DNA from: an uncultured Thermoleophilaceae bacterium | GTDB lineage: Bacteria; Actinomycetota; Thermoleophilia; Solirubrobacterales; Thermoleophilaceae | NCBI GenBank assembly: GCA_963755215.1 | Contig: CAVWIW010000014.1 | Location: forward strand, 14,347 to 78,346 | Direction: 5' to 3' | Length of the DNA stretch: 64,000 nucleotides | Part shown: positions 7,251 to 17,527 of the stretch, piece after piece | How the letters are laid out: each line of letters opens with the position of its first letter | Position numbering within the stretch: position 1 is the first letter of the stretch | Notes under the pieces: generated by a model | Told to the model about the DNA's origin: nothing | The model's input: only the letters and a program-made list of their open reading frames with translations | Databases searched by the model: none | Translations under genes and position numbers: made by a program

Positions 7251-8258
7251 GCCGCCGGCTACCCGATCGCGCGCCAGCGCTCGGGGTCCTCGCCGTCCAG
7301 CTTCTCGCGCACCGCCGCCGAGCTCGAGGTGACGCAGGTAGCACAGCGTCTCCGACAGGCCCCAGTTGAGGAGCATCGGCGTGAGCTCCTCCACGCCCAG
7401 CAGGCGGGGAACGATCTCGTAAGGGGTGCGGGGCTCGTCGGAGATGGCAGCGCGCACCCGCTCGACCCGCTCATGCACCGCCGAGCGGTTGGCCTCGATC
7501 AGGCCCGGCGCGTCGCGCACCGGGCGGCCGTGCCCCGCCAGCACCAGGTCCACGTCGAGGCCGGCGACGGTGTCGAGGCTGCGCAGGAACTCGCCCGCCG
7601 GGTCGGGCGTCCAGCCGAAGTCGTAGTAGAGGGAGACGCGCCCAATGATGTGGTCGCCCGACAGAAGCAGACGCCGCTCCGGCTGATGCAGGACCACGTG
7701 CGACGGAGCGTGCCCCGGCGTTTCGTAGACGCGCCAGGTGCCCAGGTCGGTTTCCACCTCCACCCCGTCCAACAGCTCGCGGTCGGGCGGCACCACGTCG
7801 GCGATGCCGATCCCCTGCGCCTGGCGCGCCTCTCGGTAGCGCTCCATGGTGGGGCCGGGTACGCCGCTGTGCAGCGCCACCTCGATGCGGCGCTCGAGCT
7901 GGCGGTCGGGGTCGGCCGCGGCCGTGGTCATGTGCCGGTGGTCGGGGTGCATCCACAGCTCGCAGCCGGCCCGCTCCACGATTGGCGCAGCCAGCCCGTA
8001 GTGGTCGCTGTGCGCGTGCGTGCAAACCACCAGGCGCACGTGCTCGAGCCCCATGCCGGCCTGGTCGAGCGCCAGCTCGAGCTGTGCGAGGGAGCCGGGC
8101 TCGTGCATCCCGGTGTCCACGAGCACCACGCCGCTCCCCGCCGCGATCGCGAACGCGTTCACGTGCGGCACGCCCGGCCACGGCAGCGGCAGGCGCAGCC
8201 GCCACAGGCCGGGCAGCACGCGGTCGGCCCGGGCCAGCTCGCGCTTGCGCCCGCTCAT
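7089..8258 (-). CDS. MBL-fold metallo-hydrolase
   Basis: ATG at 8258 overlaps the upstream stop (ATGA). Motifs CTHAHSDHYG and ETPGHAPSHV. The open frame runs to 7089, overlapping the sigma gene by 162 nt. A more family-like C-terminus (AAVREKLDGEDPERWRAIG, stop at 7259) lies in another frame, so a frame break near 7305 is likely. Confidence 0.75.
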   Translation of the reverse strand: MSGRKRELARADRVLPGLWRLRLPLPWPGVPHVNAFAIAAGSGVVLVDTGMHEPGSLAQLELALDQAGMGLEHVRLVVCTHAHSDHYGLAAPIVERAGCELWMHPDHRHMTTAAADPDRQLERRIEVALHSGVPGPTMERYREARQAQGIGIADVVPPDRELLDGVEVETDLGTWRVYETPGHAPSHVVLHQPERRLLLSGDHIIGRVSLYYDFGWTPDPAGEFLRSLDTVAGLDVDLVLAGHGRPVRDAPGLIEANRSAVHERVERVRAAISDEPRTPYEIVPRLLGVEELTPMLLNWGLSETLCYLRHLELGGGAREAGRRGPRALARDRVAGGLPALLPGHQQEQRRDSGQREHDDVRHDRRPQQPGWLRLARRRLRAPRLVPSDG

Positions 8259-9864
8259 GGGTCGATCAGCACACCGGGGTTGAGCATGCCGGCGGGGTCC
8301 AGCTCGCGCTTGGCCGCCCGCAGGGCCGATGCGAACACGTCCGGGCGCTGGCGGTCGTACCAGGGGCGGTGATCGCGGCCCACCGCGTGGTGGTGGGTGA
8401 TCGTGCCGCCGGCTGCCACGATCGCCTCCGAGGCGGCCTCCTTGACCTCCTGCCACTGCTCCAGCTCGAGCCCGCGGCGTGCCGGAGCGAGGACGGTGAA
8501 GTAGGGCGCGGCGCCGTCGGGGTAGGCGTGGGTGAGGCGGCAGGTCACGCGCCCTTCGCCGAGCGCCTCACGCGCGGCGCCGCCGACGGACGCCACGAAC
8601 TCATCGAACGCGTCCCAGGTGATCGCCGTCTCGAACGTCTCGGCCAGGACACCGGCGGCCACCATCGTGTCGCGCAGGTAGGGCGCGCGCAGGAACGCGT
8701 CTCGCCACGAGCCCTCCGCGACGCCGCGCTCGCCCTCCCCCGCCTCGGGCCCGCGCAGGCGAGGCTCTCCGCTGGGGCTGCCCCCGTGATCGCCGCAGAG
8801 CTCCAGCGCGCGCGCCAGCCAGGCGTCGAGGGGATGGTCCGCCGACTCGAAGCCGAGGACCAACACTGCGCGCCCGGCGGCCGACGCGCCGGTGAGCTCG
8901 GCCTCGGCCGGGTCCAGCAGGCGGCAGTTGGAGGGCGAGAGCCCCGACTGCGCCAGGTCGCGCACGGCGCCCGCTCCAGCCTCGAAGCGTCTCGAACTCC
9001 AGGTCGGCGGCAGCCCTGAAGGGCGGCCGTGGCCGCACCCTCACCCAGGCCTCTGTGATCACCCCGAGGATCCCCTCCGAGCCGATCAGCATCCGGTCCG
9101 GACTGGGCCCCGCGCCCGACGCGGGCAGCCGGCGGCTCTGCCACTCGCCGGCCGGCGTGATCGCCCGGACCGACTGCACCAGGTCGTCGATGTGCGTCGG
9201 CCCGGTGGCGAAGTGACCGCCCGCGCGCGTGGCGATCCACCCGCCTAGCGTCGAGTACTCGAACGACTGGGGGAAGTGGCGCAGCGTCAGGCCGTGGGAT
9301 CTCAGCTGCTCCTCCAGCTCGGGGCCGGTTGCGCCCGCCTGGATCAGCGCCGTCTGGGAGGTGGCGTCGACCTCCAGGACCCGGTCCAGGGCGCGTAGGT
9401 CGAGCGTGACCACAGGCCGGTCGCCCAGGTCGCGCGCCTCGACCCCGCCGCACACGCTCGTGCCGCCGCCGAACGGAACCACGGCCGCGCCGGCTCCCTC
9501 GCACCAGTCCAGCACCCGCTCCACGTCGGCCTCGGCCTGCGGCCGCGCCACCACGTCGGGCGGCTCGGGGAAGTCGCCGCGGAAGCCGCGCACGACGTCG
9601 CGGTAGGCCTTGCCCAGCGCGTGCGACGCGCGCTCGTGGGCATCCGACAAGCAGATGGCTGCCAGTGCCGCCGGAGGCGTCTACCCGCGGCGCCCGCAGC
9701 GTCACGTCGTCCAAGGGCACCGGGCGCTCCACCTCCGCCGCGCCGAACCCCAGGTGCTCGCGGAGGCCGCGCGCGGCCGCCTCGACCTCCTCGTGGGGCG
9801 GCTGCTGGTCCTCGTATCCCCAGCCCCAGTGCTTGAGCCTGCGCGTGCCCTCGATCACACCCAT
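8255..9864 (-). pseudogene. FAD-linked oxidase (alkyl-DHAP-synthase/GlcD-like), split over three frames
   Basis: The N-terminus (LKHWGWGYED), the FAD-binding part (VVPFGGGTSVCGG, EGILGVITEAW) and the C-terminus (GGTITHHHAVGRDH...MLNPGVLIDP) lie in three different frames. The junctions are near 9678 and 8988. Confidence 0.8.
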
Positions 9865-9945
9865 GTGCAGGAACTCTCTCAGAGGCCGTGCGCCCCGGCC
9901 GACCGCCCTGCGGGTTCGCGCCGCACGGGTAGAGTGCCCGTGGGG

Positions 9946-10593
9946 ATGGCCACACAGGGCACGACGGTCCAGATCACCATGCCGGCCATGGGCGAGTCGG
10001 TCACCGAGGGCACCGTGCTCGAGTGGCTCAAGCAGGTGGGCGACACCGTCGCCGTCGACGAGCCGCTGGTGGAGGTGTCCACCGACAAGGTCGACGCCGA
10101 GGTGCCGTCCCCCGCCGCGGGCGTGCTCAGCGAGATCCTGGTGGGCCCCGACGAGACCGTGCAGGTGGGCCAGGCGCTGGGTGAGATCGAGTCGGCCGGC
10201 GGGCCCGCCGCCGAGGACGCATCCGCCGCCCCCGCCGGCGGCCCTTCCAACGGAGACGAGCCGGAGGAGACGACGGGCGAGGCCGTCGACGTGACCTTCC
10301 CGGAGATGGGCGACTCGGTGGCCGAGGGCACGATCCTCGAGTGGCGGGTCAAGCCCGGCGACACGGTGGCCGTGGACGACCCGCTGGTGGAGATCTCGAC
10401 CGACAAGGTCGACGCCGAGGTGCCCTCGCCCGTGGCCGGCACGGTGATCGAGCTGCTGGCCGAGGCGGACGCGACCGTCCCTGTCGGCAGCGTGCTATGC
10501 CGGATCGAGGCGGGCCCAGGAGCGCCCGGACAGGCAGCACCCGCGCCCAAGGCCGAGGCGGCGCGCCCCGGCACCGATGCGCCCGCCCCGTGA
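9946..10593 (+). CDS. two-lipoyl-domain protein (E2 lipoyl carrier part)
   Basis: ATG at 9946. Two copies of the lipoyl attachment pattern (EVSTDKVDAEVPSPAAG and EISTDKVDAEVPSPVAG) are followed by an Ala/Pro linker. The stop TGA at 10591 overlaps the GTG of the next ORF. Confidence 0.8.
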   Translation: MATQGTTVQITMPAMGESVTEGTVLEWLKQVGDTVAVDEPLVEVSTDKVDAEVPSPAAGVLSEILVGPDETVQVGQALGEIESAGGPAAEDASAAPAGGPSNGDEPEETTGEAVDVTFPEMGDSVAEGTILEWRVKPGDTVAVDDPLVEISTDKVDAEVPSPVAGTVIELLAEADATVPVGSVLCRIEAGPGAPGQAAPAPKAEAARPGTDAPAP

Positions 10594-13500
10594 ACGGCGA
10601 CGCCGACGCCACGCCGGTGGCCGCGCGAATGGCGGCCGAGCACGGCATCGACCTCGGCGCCGTGGGCGGGAGCGGCCCGCGCGGGCGCGTGACCAAGCAG
10701 GACGTGGAGGCGGCCATCTCGGGCAACGGTGGCGCGGCGCCCGCGGCTGCGGCGGAGCCGGCCGGCGCTTCGACCGAGCCCATCCGCGGCCCCGCGGCCA
10801 CGCTCGCCCGCTTCATGGACGAGAGCCGCTCGATCCCCACGGCCACCAGCTTCCGCACGCTGGCCGTGGACGCCCTGGCGGGCCGCCGCGGCCAGCTCAA
10901 GGCCGCGGGCAAGAAGCTCTCGTTCACCCACCTGATCGCCTGGGCGATCGTGCGCGCAACCGACGACATGCCGGTCATGGCCCACTCCTTCACGGAGGTC
11001 GAGGGCAAGCCGCACCGGGTGACCCCGGAGTCGGTGAGCCTGGGGCTGGCGGTCGACGCCGAGCGCAAGGACGGCACGCGATCGCTGGTGGTGCCGGTCA
11101 TCCGCCACGCCTCCACCCTGGACTTCGCCGCCTTCGTGTCCGCCTACGACGAGGCGGTGGCCGGCGCCCGCGACAACAAGCTTGCGCCGGATGCCTACAG
11201 CGGGGCGCAGATCACGCTGACCAACCCGGGGGGCATCGGCACGGTGGCATCCGTTCCGAGGCTGATGCCCGGCCAGGGCACGATCGTGGCCACCGGGGCC
11301 ATCGGCTACCCGGCCGGCCTGGCCCAGGCCGAGCCCGAGCGCCTGCGCGAGCTGGGCGTGGCCAAGGTCATGACCATGACCTCGACCTACGACCACCGCG
11401 TGATCCAGGGCGCGGAGTCCGGCGCTTTCCTCAAGCGCATCGACGAGCTGCTGCAGGGCCAGGACGGCTTCTACGAGACGGTGTTCGCCGCGCTGGGCGT
11501 GGAGAGCGACCGAGTCGCGGGCGAGGACGGCGGCGGCCGGGTCACGGCAGCCGACCCGGTGCCGGCCACGACGGCCCCCGCCGCGATGGCGGCTCCGGAC
11601 GAGGCCCTGCTGCAGGCCGTGCAGGCCGCCACCTCGGTGGTCAAGGCGCACCGGATGCATGGTCACCTGGCGGCGCGGCTGGACCCGCTGGGATCCGAGC
11701 CGCGCGGCGACCCGGCGCTCGACCCCGCCACGGTGAGCCTCTCGCCGGAGCTCATGGCCCGCATTCCGGCATCGGTGCTGCGCGTGGCGGTGCCCGGCGC
11801 CACCTTCGCCGAGGCGCTGCCCAATCTCGAGGCCACCTACTGCGGCACCATCGCCTACGAGATCGAGCACATCTCCGGCCACAACCGGCGCGTGTGGCTG
11901 CGCAAGGCCATCGAGTCCGGCGAGCACCGCCAGCCCATGTCGGCCGAGGAGAAGCGCCGCCTGCTCGGCCGCCTGTCTCAGGTCGAGGCGCTGGAGGGCT
12001 ACCTGCACAAGGCGTTCCTGGGCAAGAAGCAGTTCTCCATCGAGGGCCTGGACGCGCTGGTCCCGATGCTGGACGAGACGATCGAGCTCAGCGCCCGGGC
12101 GGGTGCGCGCGAGGTTGTCCTGGGCATGGCGCACAGGGGCCGGCTGAACGTGCTGGCCCACACGGTGAGCCGGCCGTACGAGTCGATCCTGGTGGAGTTC
12201 GAGGGCGAGCAGACGCTGTCGGCCGACACCGCCGCGCCCGAGGGCGGGACCGGCGACGTGAAGTACCACTACGGCGCCTCGGGGACCTACCGGACCCTCG
12301 AGGGCAAGGGCGTGACCGTGACGCTCTCGCCCAACCCCAGCCACCTGGAGTACGTGAACCCGGTGATCGAAGGCCGCGCCCGGGCCGACCAGACCAGTCG
12401 GAAGGGACGCGAGGTCAGCCACGACCCCAGCGTCGTGGTGCCGGTGCTCATCCATGGCGACGCCGCGTTCCCGGGCCAGGGCGTTGTGGCCGAGACGCTC
12501 AACCTCCAGGCGCTCCCCGGCTACAGCACCGGCGGCACGGTGCACATCATCGCCAACAACCAGCTGGGCTTCACCACCGACCCTCCGGACGCGCGCTCCA
12601 CCCGCTACGCGTCGGACCTGGCAAAGGGCTACGACGTGCCGATCATCCACGTGAACGCCGACGACGTGGAGGCCTGCGTCCACGCGGTGCGGCTGGCGGT
12701 GAGCTTCCGCAACGAGTTCCACCGCGATGCCCTGATCGACCTGATCGGCTACCGCCGCTTCGGCCACAACGAGACCGACGAGCCCGCCTACACCCAGCCC
12801 GCGATGTATGGGCTGATCAAGGACCACCCGCCCGTGCGCTCCCTCTACGCGGAGCGGCTGGCCGAGGAAAGCGTGGTGGCCTCCGAAGACGCGGACACGC
12901 TCGCCAAGGAGGCGCTGGACGCCGTGTCCAAGGCCCACCAGGAGCTCAAGGAGTCGATCGCTGGGCCGCCGCCCACCGGCCAGCACGAGATCGACGTGAC
13001 GATGAGCCGCGAGCCCAAGACCACCCTGCCCGAGGACCTGCTGCGCTCGCTCAACGAGCAGATCGTGAAGGTGCCAGACGGCTTCTCGGTGCACCGCAAG
13101 CTCAAGCCGTTCCTGGAGAAGCGCCGCGAGGCCGCCGGGGCGGACGGGCGCGTGGACTGGGCCCACGCCGAGTCGCTGGCATTCGCCTCCCTGCTGGCGC
13201 TGGGCGTGCCGATCAGGCTCACCGGCCAGGACACCGAGCGCGGCACGTTCAGCCAGCGCCACCTGGTGCTGCACGACGCCGAGAGCGGTGAGCGCTGGTG
13301 CCCGCTGCAGAACCTCCACAGCGCGGTGTCGCCGCTGGAGCTGCACAACAGCCCCCTGTCCGAGCAGGGGTGCCTCGGCTTCGAGTACGGCTACAGCGTG
13401 CAGGATCCCGACGCGCTGGTGCTCTGGGAGGCCCAGTTCGGCGACTTCGTGAACTCGGCCCAGGTGATCCTCGACCAGTTCATGGTCTCCGGCCTGGCCA

Positions 13501-14231
13501 AGTGGGGGCAGACCTCGCGCCTGACGCTGCTCCTGCCGCACGGCTACGAGGGCTCGGGCCCGGAGCACTCCTCCGGTCGCGTCGAGCGCTTCCTGCAGGC
13601 CTGCGCCGAGGGCAACATCCGGGTGGCCAACTGCACGACGCCGGCCCAGTACTTCCACCTGCTGCGCCGCCAGGCCATGGTCTCCAAGCCGCGCCCCCTG
13701 GTGCTCATGACGCCCAAGAGCCTGCTGCGGCTGCCGGCCGCCACCTCGACGATGGACGAGCTGGCCAACGGGGGGTTCAGCCGCGTGATCGACGACGACG
13801 CGCTGCCGGGCGAGCGCGAGGCTGTGACCAAGCTCGTGCTGTGCTCGGGCAAGGTCTTCTACGACATCGCCGGGCACGAGGAGCGGCCCGCGGCCGATCA
13901 CATCGCGGTCGCGCGCGTGGAGATGCTCTACCCGTTCCCGGGGGAGCAGCTCACGGAGCTGATGTCCTCCTACCCGAACCTGGAGCGCCTCGTGTGGGTG
14001 CAGGAGGAGCCGCGCAACATGGGCGCCCGCGCGTTCATGCGCAGGCGAATGGCGGCGATCCTGCCCGAGCACCTGCACTACTACTACGTCGGTCGCCAGC
14101 TCCGCGCGGCCCAGAGCGAGGGCTACACGGCGGCGCACCGCAAGGAGCAGGCCCGCATCGTGCGCGTGGCCCTGGACCTCGAGGACGACGTGCTCGAGCG
14201 CGACGCATCGGCCGAGCGGCCCTTGCTGTAG
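10590..14231 (+). CDS. kgd: multifunctional 2-oxoglutarate dehydrogenase: E3-binding domain + E2 acyltransferase core + E1 (Kgd/OdhA type)
   Basis: The GTG at 10590 is needed to include the peripheral-subunit-binding domain (TPVAARMAAEHGIDLGAVGGSGPRGRVTKQDV). E2 catalytic motif STYDHRVIQGAESGAFL. Then a long E1o region (GMAHRGRLNVLAH, HGDAAFPGQGVV, LLLPHGYEGSGPEHSS). Confidence 0.9.
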   Translation: MNGDADATPVAARMAAEHGIDLGAVGGSGPRGRVTKQDVEAAISGNGGAAPAAAAEPAGASTEPIRGPAATLARFMDESRSIPTATSFRTLAVDALAGRRGQLKAAGKKLSFTHLIAWAIVRATDDMPVMAHSFTEVEGKPHRVTPESVSLGLAVDAERKDGTRSLVVPVIRHASTLDFAAFVSAYDEAVAGARDNKLAPDAYSGAQITLTNPGGIGTVASVPRLMPGQGTIVATGAIGYPAGLAQAEPERLRELGVAKVMTMTSTYDHRVIQGAESGAFLKRIDELLQGQDGFYETVFAALGVESDRVAGEDGGGRVTAADPVPATTAPAAMAAPDEALLQAVQAATSVVKAHRMHGHLAARLDPLGSEPRGDPALDPATVSLSPELMARIPASVLRVAVPGATFAEALPNLEATYCGTIAYEIEHISGHNRRVWLRKAIESGEHRQPMSAEEKRRLLGRLSQVEALEGYLHKAFLGKKQFSIEGLDALVPMLDETIELSARAGAREVVLGMAHRGRLNVLAHTVSRPYESILVEFEGEQTLSADTAAPEGGTGDVKYHYGASGTYRTLEGKGVTVTLSPNPSHLEYVNPVIEGRARADQTSRKGREVSHDPSVVVPVLIHGDAAFPGQGVVAETLNLQALPGYSTGGTVHIIANNQLGFTTDPPDARSTRYASDLAKGYDVPIIHVNADDVEACVHAVRLAVSFRNEFHRDALIDLIGYRRFGHNETDEPAYTQPAMYGLIKDHPPVRSLYAERLAEESVVASEDADTLAKEALDAVSKAHQELKESIAGPPPTGQHEIDVTMSREPKTTLPEDLLRSLNEQIVKVPDGFSVHRKLKPFLEKRREAAGADGRVDWAHAESLAFASLLALGVPIRLTGQDTERGTFSQRHLVLHDAESGERWCPLQNLHSAVSPLELHNSPLSEQGCLGFEYGYSVQDPDALVLWEAQFGDFVNSAQVILDQFMVSGLAKWGQTSRLTLLLPHGYEGSGPEHSSGRVERFLQACAEGNIRVANCTTPAQYFHLLRRQAMVSKPRPLVLMTPKSLLRLPAATSTMDELANGGFSRVIDDDALPGEREAVTKLVLCSGKVFYDIAGHEERPAADHIAVARVEMLYPFPGEQLTELMSSYPNLERLVWVQEEPRNMGARAFMRRRMAAILPEHLHYYYVGRQLRAAQSEGYTAAHRKEQARIVRVALDLEDDVLERDASAERPLL

Positions 14232-16693
14232 TGGGCCGCTGGGCCGTCTTGGGGCTCGCGGCCCTGGCCGCCTCTGCGCCCGCGCCGGCCGCCGCCGGCG
14301 AGCCGTTCTTCCTGGAGGCGAAGGCGGGTCCGTGGACCGCCACGCTGGACACCGCGCCCGACGTGTTCCGGCTCAGCCAGAGCGGCGCGGGTCGCCTGGC
14401 CGCAGCCGTGAGCGTCCGCACGGCTTCGGGGTGGGTCCAGGCCACGGGCACGAGCCGAGAGCGGCGCGCGGGGCGCTCGATCGTGGCGACCGTCCAGACG
14501 GCGCAGCCCGGCCTGACCCTCGCCCTGCGCGTCACGCCGTCCGCGGGCGGGGCCACGGGCGTCACGCTCTCGGCCCCCGGCTCCGCGCTGGAGACGAGGA
14601 TGGCCTTCCAGGCGCCCGCGGGCGAGCGCTTCTGGGGCTTCGGGCAGCGCTCGAACGGGGTGGACCAGCGCGGCCGCGAGGTCGAGAACTACGTGTCGGA
14701 CGGGCCCTTCCGCGAGCCGGATCGCTCGCTTGCGGCGGTGCTGGTGCCGCCGTGGGCCACACGCGACCGCGACGACTCCACGTACTACCCGGTGCCGTGG
14801 ATGCTCTCGAGCCGGGGCTACGGGGTGCTCATCGACGAGGACGTGCGCAGTGCGTTCCGGCTGGGCGTGGACCGGCGCGACACCTGGAGCCTGCAGGCCG
14901 ATGGCGCGCGGCTGCGCGCGCGCTTCTTCGCGGGGCCGACGCCCGGGGCCGCGCTGGCGCGCTTCACCCGCGCGGTCGGGCGCCAGCCCCCGCCGCCCGC
15001 GCCGTGGGCCTTCGGCCCGTGGTTTCAGACGGGCCAGCCCAACGTGATCCCGCTGGCCGACGAGGCGCGCATCACGCAAACGCTGCGCAACGCCGACGCC
15101 CCGGTGTCGGCGGCCGAGACACAGATGCACTACCTGCCCTGCGGGGCGCAGCGCGGCAACCGCGACTACCTGCGCCGGCGCAACCGCTTCTTCCACGCCC
15201 AGGGCCTGGCCCACCTGGCCTACTTCAACCCGGCCCTGTGCGAGTCATATGCCTCCGTCTACCAGCGCGCCGGGGCCCTCGGGCTGCTGCAGAAGCGCGC
15301 CGAGGACGGCCGTCCGTTCCTGTACTCGGCGTTCGTGGGCGGCAGCGGCCCGGCCGGTTTCACACGCGAGCCGCTGGCCCAGTTCGACTTCACGGCGCGC
15401 GGCACCGAGTCCTTCTACGCCGGGCTGGTGCGGGAGGCCGTTGCGGCCGGGCATGACGGCTGGATGGAGGACTTCGGCGAGAACAGCCCGCCGCAGGCGG
15501 TGTCGGCCGATGGCAGCGACGGCGACGAGGTCCACAACCGCTACCCGCGGCTCTACCACTGCGCCGTCCAGCGGATAGCGCGGGGACTGCCGAAGCCGGT
15601 CGTGCGCTTCCAGCGATCGGGATGGACGGGCGCAGCGCGCTGCGCGGACCTGGTCTGGGGCGGCGACCCCACCACGGTCTGGGGCTTCGACGGCCTGTGG
15701 TCCTCGGTGCGGCAGGCGCTCAGCATCGGCATGTCGGGGGTCAGCCGCTGGGGCTCGGACATCGGCGGCTACAACAGCTTCAACGAGCGCGAGCGGCTCA
15801 CGCCCGAGTTGCTCAAGCGCTGGATCCAGTTCGGCGCCGTGTCCGGCGTCATGCGCACCAAGCGCTCGGGCATCGCGCTGCCCTCCTACGAGCGCCCGCA
15901 GATCTTCGATCCCGGCGTGCTGCCCACCTGGCGCCGCTACGCGAAGCTGCACACCCAGCTTCACCCCTACCTGCTCGCCGCCGATCGCCGCTATCGCCGG
16001 ACCGGGCTGCCGCTAATGAGCCATCTGGCGCTCAACTGGCCGCGCGACCGCCGCTCGCTCGCGCGCGAGGACGAGTTCATGTTCGGGCCCAGCCTCCTGG
16101 CTGCTCCGGTGGTCACGCCCGGCGCGCGGCGCCGGCGGGTGTACGCCCCGCCAGGGCGCTGGCTGGACTTCTGGCGCAGCGTCCGTTACACCAAGCGCAG
16201 CGGAGCGTTCTCCGTCGGGCGGGTGCGCTCCGTTCGCGGCGGCCGCGAGCACGTACTCCCGGCGCCGCTCGAGCAGCTGCCGATGCTCGTCCGCACGGGT
16301 GCGGTGCTGCCGTTGCTGCCCGCGGACGTGGACACGCTCGCCGGCTTCGGGCGCCGCCGGGGCCTGGTCCACCTGCGCGACCGCCGCAACCGGATGACGC
16401 TGCTGGCCTTCCCGCGCGGGCGCACGCGAGCGTCCTTCAACGAGGGCGAGCGCCTGGTCTCCAAGGAGCGCCGCGCCTCCTGGTCGCTCGCCGTAGCCGG
16501 CAAGCGCCGGCGGGCCTACCGGGTCCAGGCTTCCCTGGCCACCCTGCGGCGGCCGTTCAGGCCGTGCGCGGTGTCGGTGGGCGGGGGAGCCTCGCGGCGG
16601 GTCGCCTGGAGCTACTCCAGCCGGACCCGCGTGCTGCGGGCGCGCTTCGTCGCCCGGCTCGGAACGCTGACCGTGCGCGCCTGCCGCCGCTAG
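14231..16693 (+). CDS. glycoside hydrolase family 31 (secreted alpha-glucosidase/xylosidase-like)
   Basis: GTG at 14231 shares one base with the kgd TAG. Signal-like VGRWAVLGLAALAASAPAPAAAG. GH31 motifs GWMEDFGE and DLVWGGDPTTVW. Confidence 0.85.
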   Translation: MGRWAVLGLAALAASAPAPAAAGEPFFLEAKAGPWTATLDTAPDVFRLSQSGAGRLAAAVSVRTASGWVQATGTSRERRAGRSIVATVQTAQPGLTLALRVTPSAGGATGVTLSAPGSALETRMAFQAPAGERFWGFGQRSNGVDQRGREVENYVSDGPFREPDRSLAAVLVPPWATRDRDDSTYYPVPWMLSSRGYGVLIDEDVRSAFRLGVDRRDTWSLQADGARLRARFFAGPTPGAALARFTRAVGRQPPPPAPWAFGPWFQTGQPNVIPLADEARITQTLRNADAPVSAAETQMHYLPCGAQRGNRDYLRRRNRFFHAQGLAHLAYFNPALCESYASVYQRAGALGLLQKRAEDGRPFLYSAFVGGSGPAGFTREPLAQFDFTARGTESFYAGLVREAVAAGHDGWMEDFGENSPPQAVSADGSDGDEVHNRYPRLYHCAVQRIARGLPKPVVRFQRSGWTGAARCADLVWGGDPTTVWGFDGLWSSVRQALSIGMSGVSRWGSDIGGYNSFNERERLTPELLKRWIQFGAVSGVMRTKRSGIALPSYERPQIFDPGVLPTWRRYAKLHTQLHPYLLAADRRYRRTGLPLMSHLALNWPRDRRSLAREDEFMFGPSLLAAPVVTPGARRRRVYAPPGRWLDFWRSVRYTKRSGAFSVGRVRSVRGGREHVLPAPLEQLPMLVRTGAVLPLLPADVDTLAGFGRRRGLVHLRDRRNRMTLLAFPRGRTRASFNEGERLVSKERRASWSLAVAGKRRRAYRVQASLATLRRPFRPCAVSVGGGASRRVAWSYSSRTRVLRARFVARLGTLTVRACRR

Positions 16694-17493
16694 CGCTTGG
16701 ACGCCTGGCCCTCGGCCATGTCGCGCGAGATGTCGTTGCCGCCCAGGCGGCGCTGGAGCTTGGCCATCGTGCCAGGGGCGATCCCGGCCACCACCCCGGC
16801 GGCGCGGAACGAGAGCGGCGCAACGTCGATCTCCGGCCGGCCGCTCTCGATACCCGCGACCACAGCTCGCGCCACCTGGTCGGGCGTGCGGGTGCCCACG
16901 AACGGCGGCAGCTTGGCGCCGCTCTCATGGAACATGCCCGCGTCGCGGATGAAGCCTGGGAACACGGTCGTGACCCCCACACCCGTGCCGTGGAGGTCCT
17001 GGCGCAGGCCCAGCGCGAACCCGCGCAGGCCGAACTTGGTGGCCGAGTACAGGCTGCTGCCCGGGCTCGTGACCTTGCCCGACAAAGAGGAGACGAACAC
17101 CAGGTGGCCCCGGCCCCGCTCCACCATGCCGGGCGCCAGCGCGCGAGCCACCTGGATCGGCGCGCGCAGGTTCACGTCCAGCGCCCGGTCGATCTGGTCG
17201 GGCTCGAAGTCCAGCAGGTGCCCGCTGGCCGGCAGCGCAGCGTTGGCCACGACCGCGTCCACGGCGCCGGCGCGCCCTGGCAGCGCCGCCAGCTCGCCGG
17301 GATCCGCGAGGTCCGCGGGCAGCACCTCCACCCCGTCACCCAGCTCAGCGCTCAGGCGCTCCAGCACGTCCGTCCGCCGGGCCGTGGCCACCACCGTGGC
17401 CCCGCGCGAATGCAGCAGGCGGGCAATCGCCACACCGATCCCCCCGGAGGCGCCCGTGACCAGAGCGCGGCTGCCTTGGAGGCTCATTCCCAC
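16690..17493 (-). CDS. SDR family oxidoreductase
   Basis: ALVTGASGGIGVAIA Rossmann motif and YSATKFGLRG catalytic motif. The start may be the second Met, at 17487. Confidence 0.85.
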   Translation of the reverse strand: MGMSLQGSRALVTGASGGIGVAIARLLHSRGATVVATARRTDVLERLSAELGDGVEVLPADLADPGELAALPGRAGAVDAVVANAALPASGHLLDFEPDQIDRALDVNLRAPIQVARALAPGMVERGRGHLVFVSSLSGKVTSPGSSLYSATKFGLRGFALGLRQDLHGTGVGVTTVFPGFIRDAGMFHESGAKLPPFVGTRTPDQVARAVVAGIESGRPEIDVAPLSFRAAGVVAGIAPGTMAKLQRRLGGNDISRDMAEGQASKR

Positions 17494-17527
17494 GGGCCAA
17501 GTATCGCGTAGGCACGCGCCGTGCCGG

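Noticed and set aside
9879-14138. 1419-aa ORF on the minus strand, antisense to the kgd gene
   Set aside because: The translation is Arg/Ala/Gly/His/Leu-rich low-complexity sequence with no family motifs, while the plus-strand frame carries unmistakable E2 and E1 motifs. It is a typical shadow ORF in very GC-rich DNA.
13298-14230. N-terminal 311 codons of the 1131-aa ORF that contains the GH31 gene
   Set aside because: This part overlaps kgd in another frame and is Arg/Pro-rich. A GTG at 14231 followed by a signal peptide gives a sensible GH31 start.
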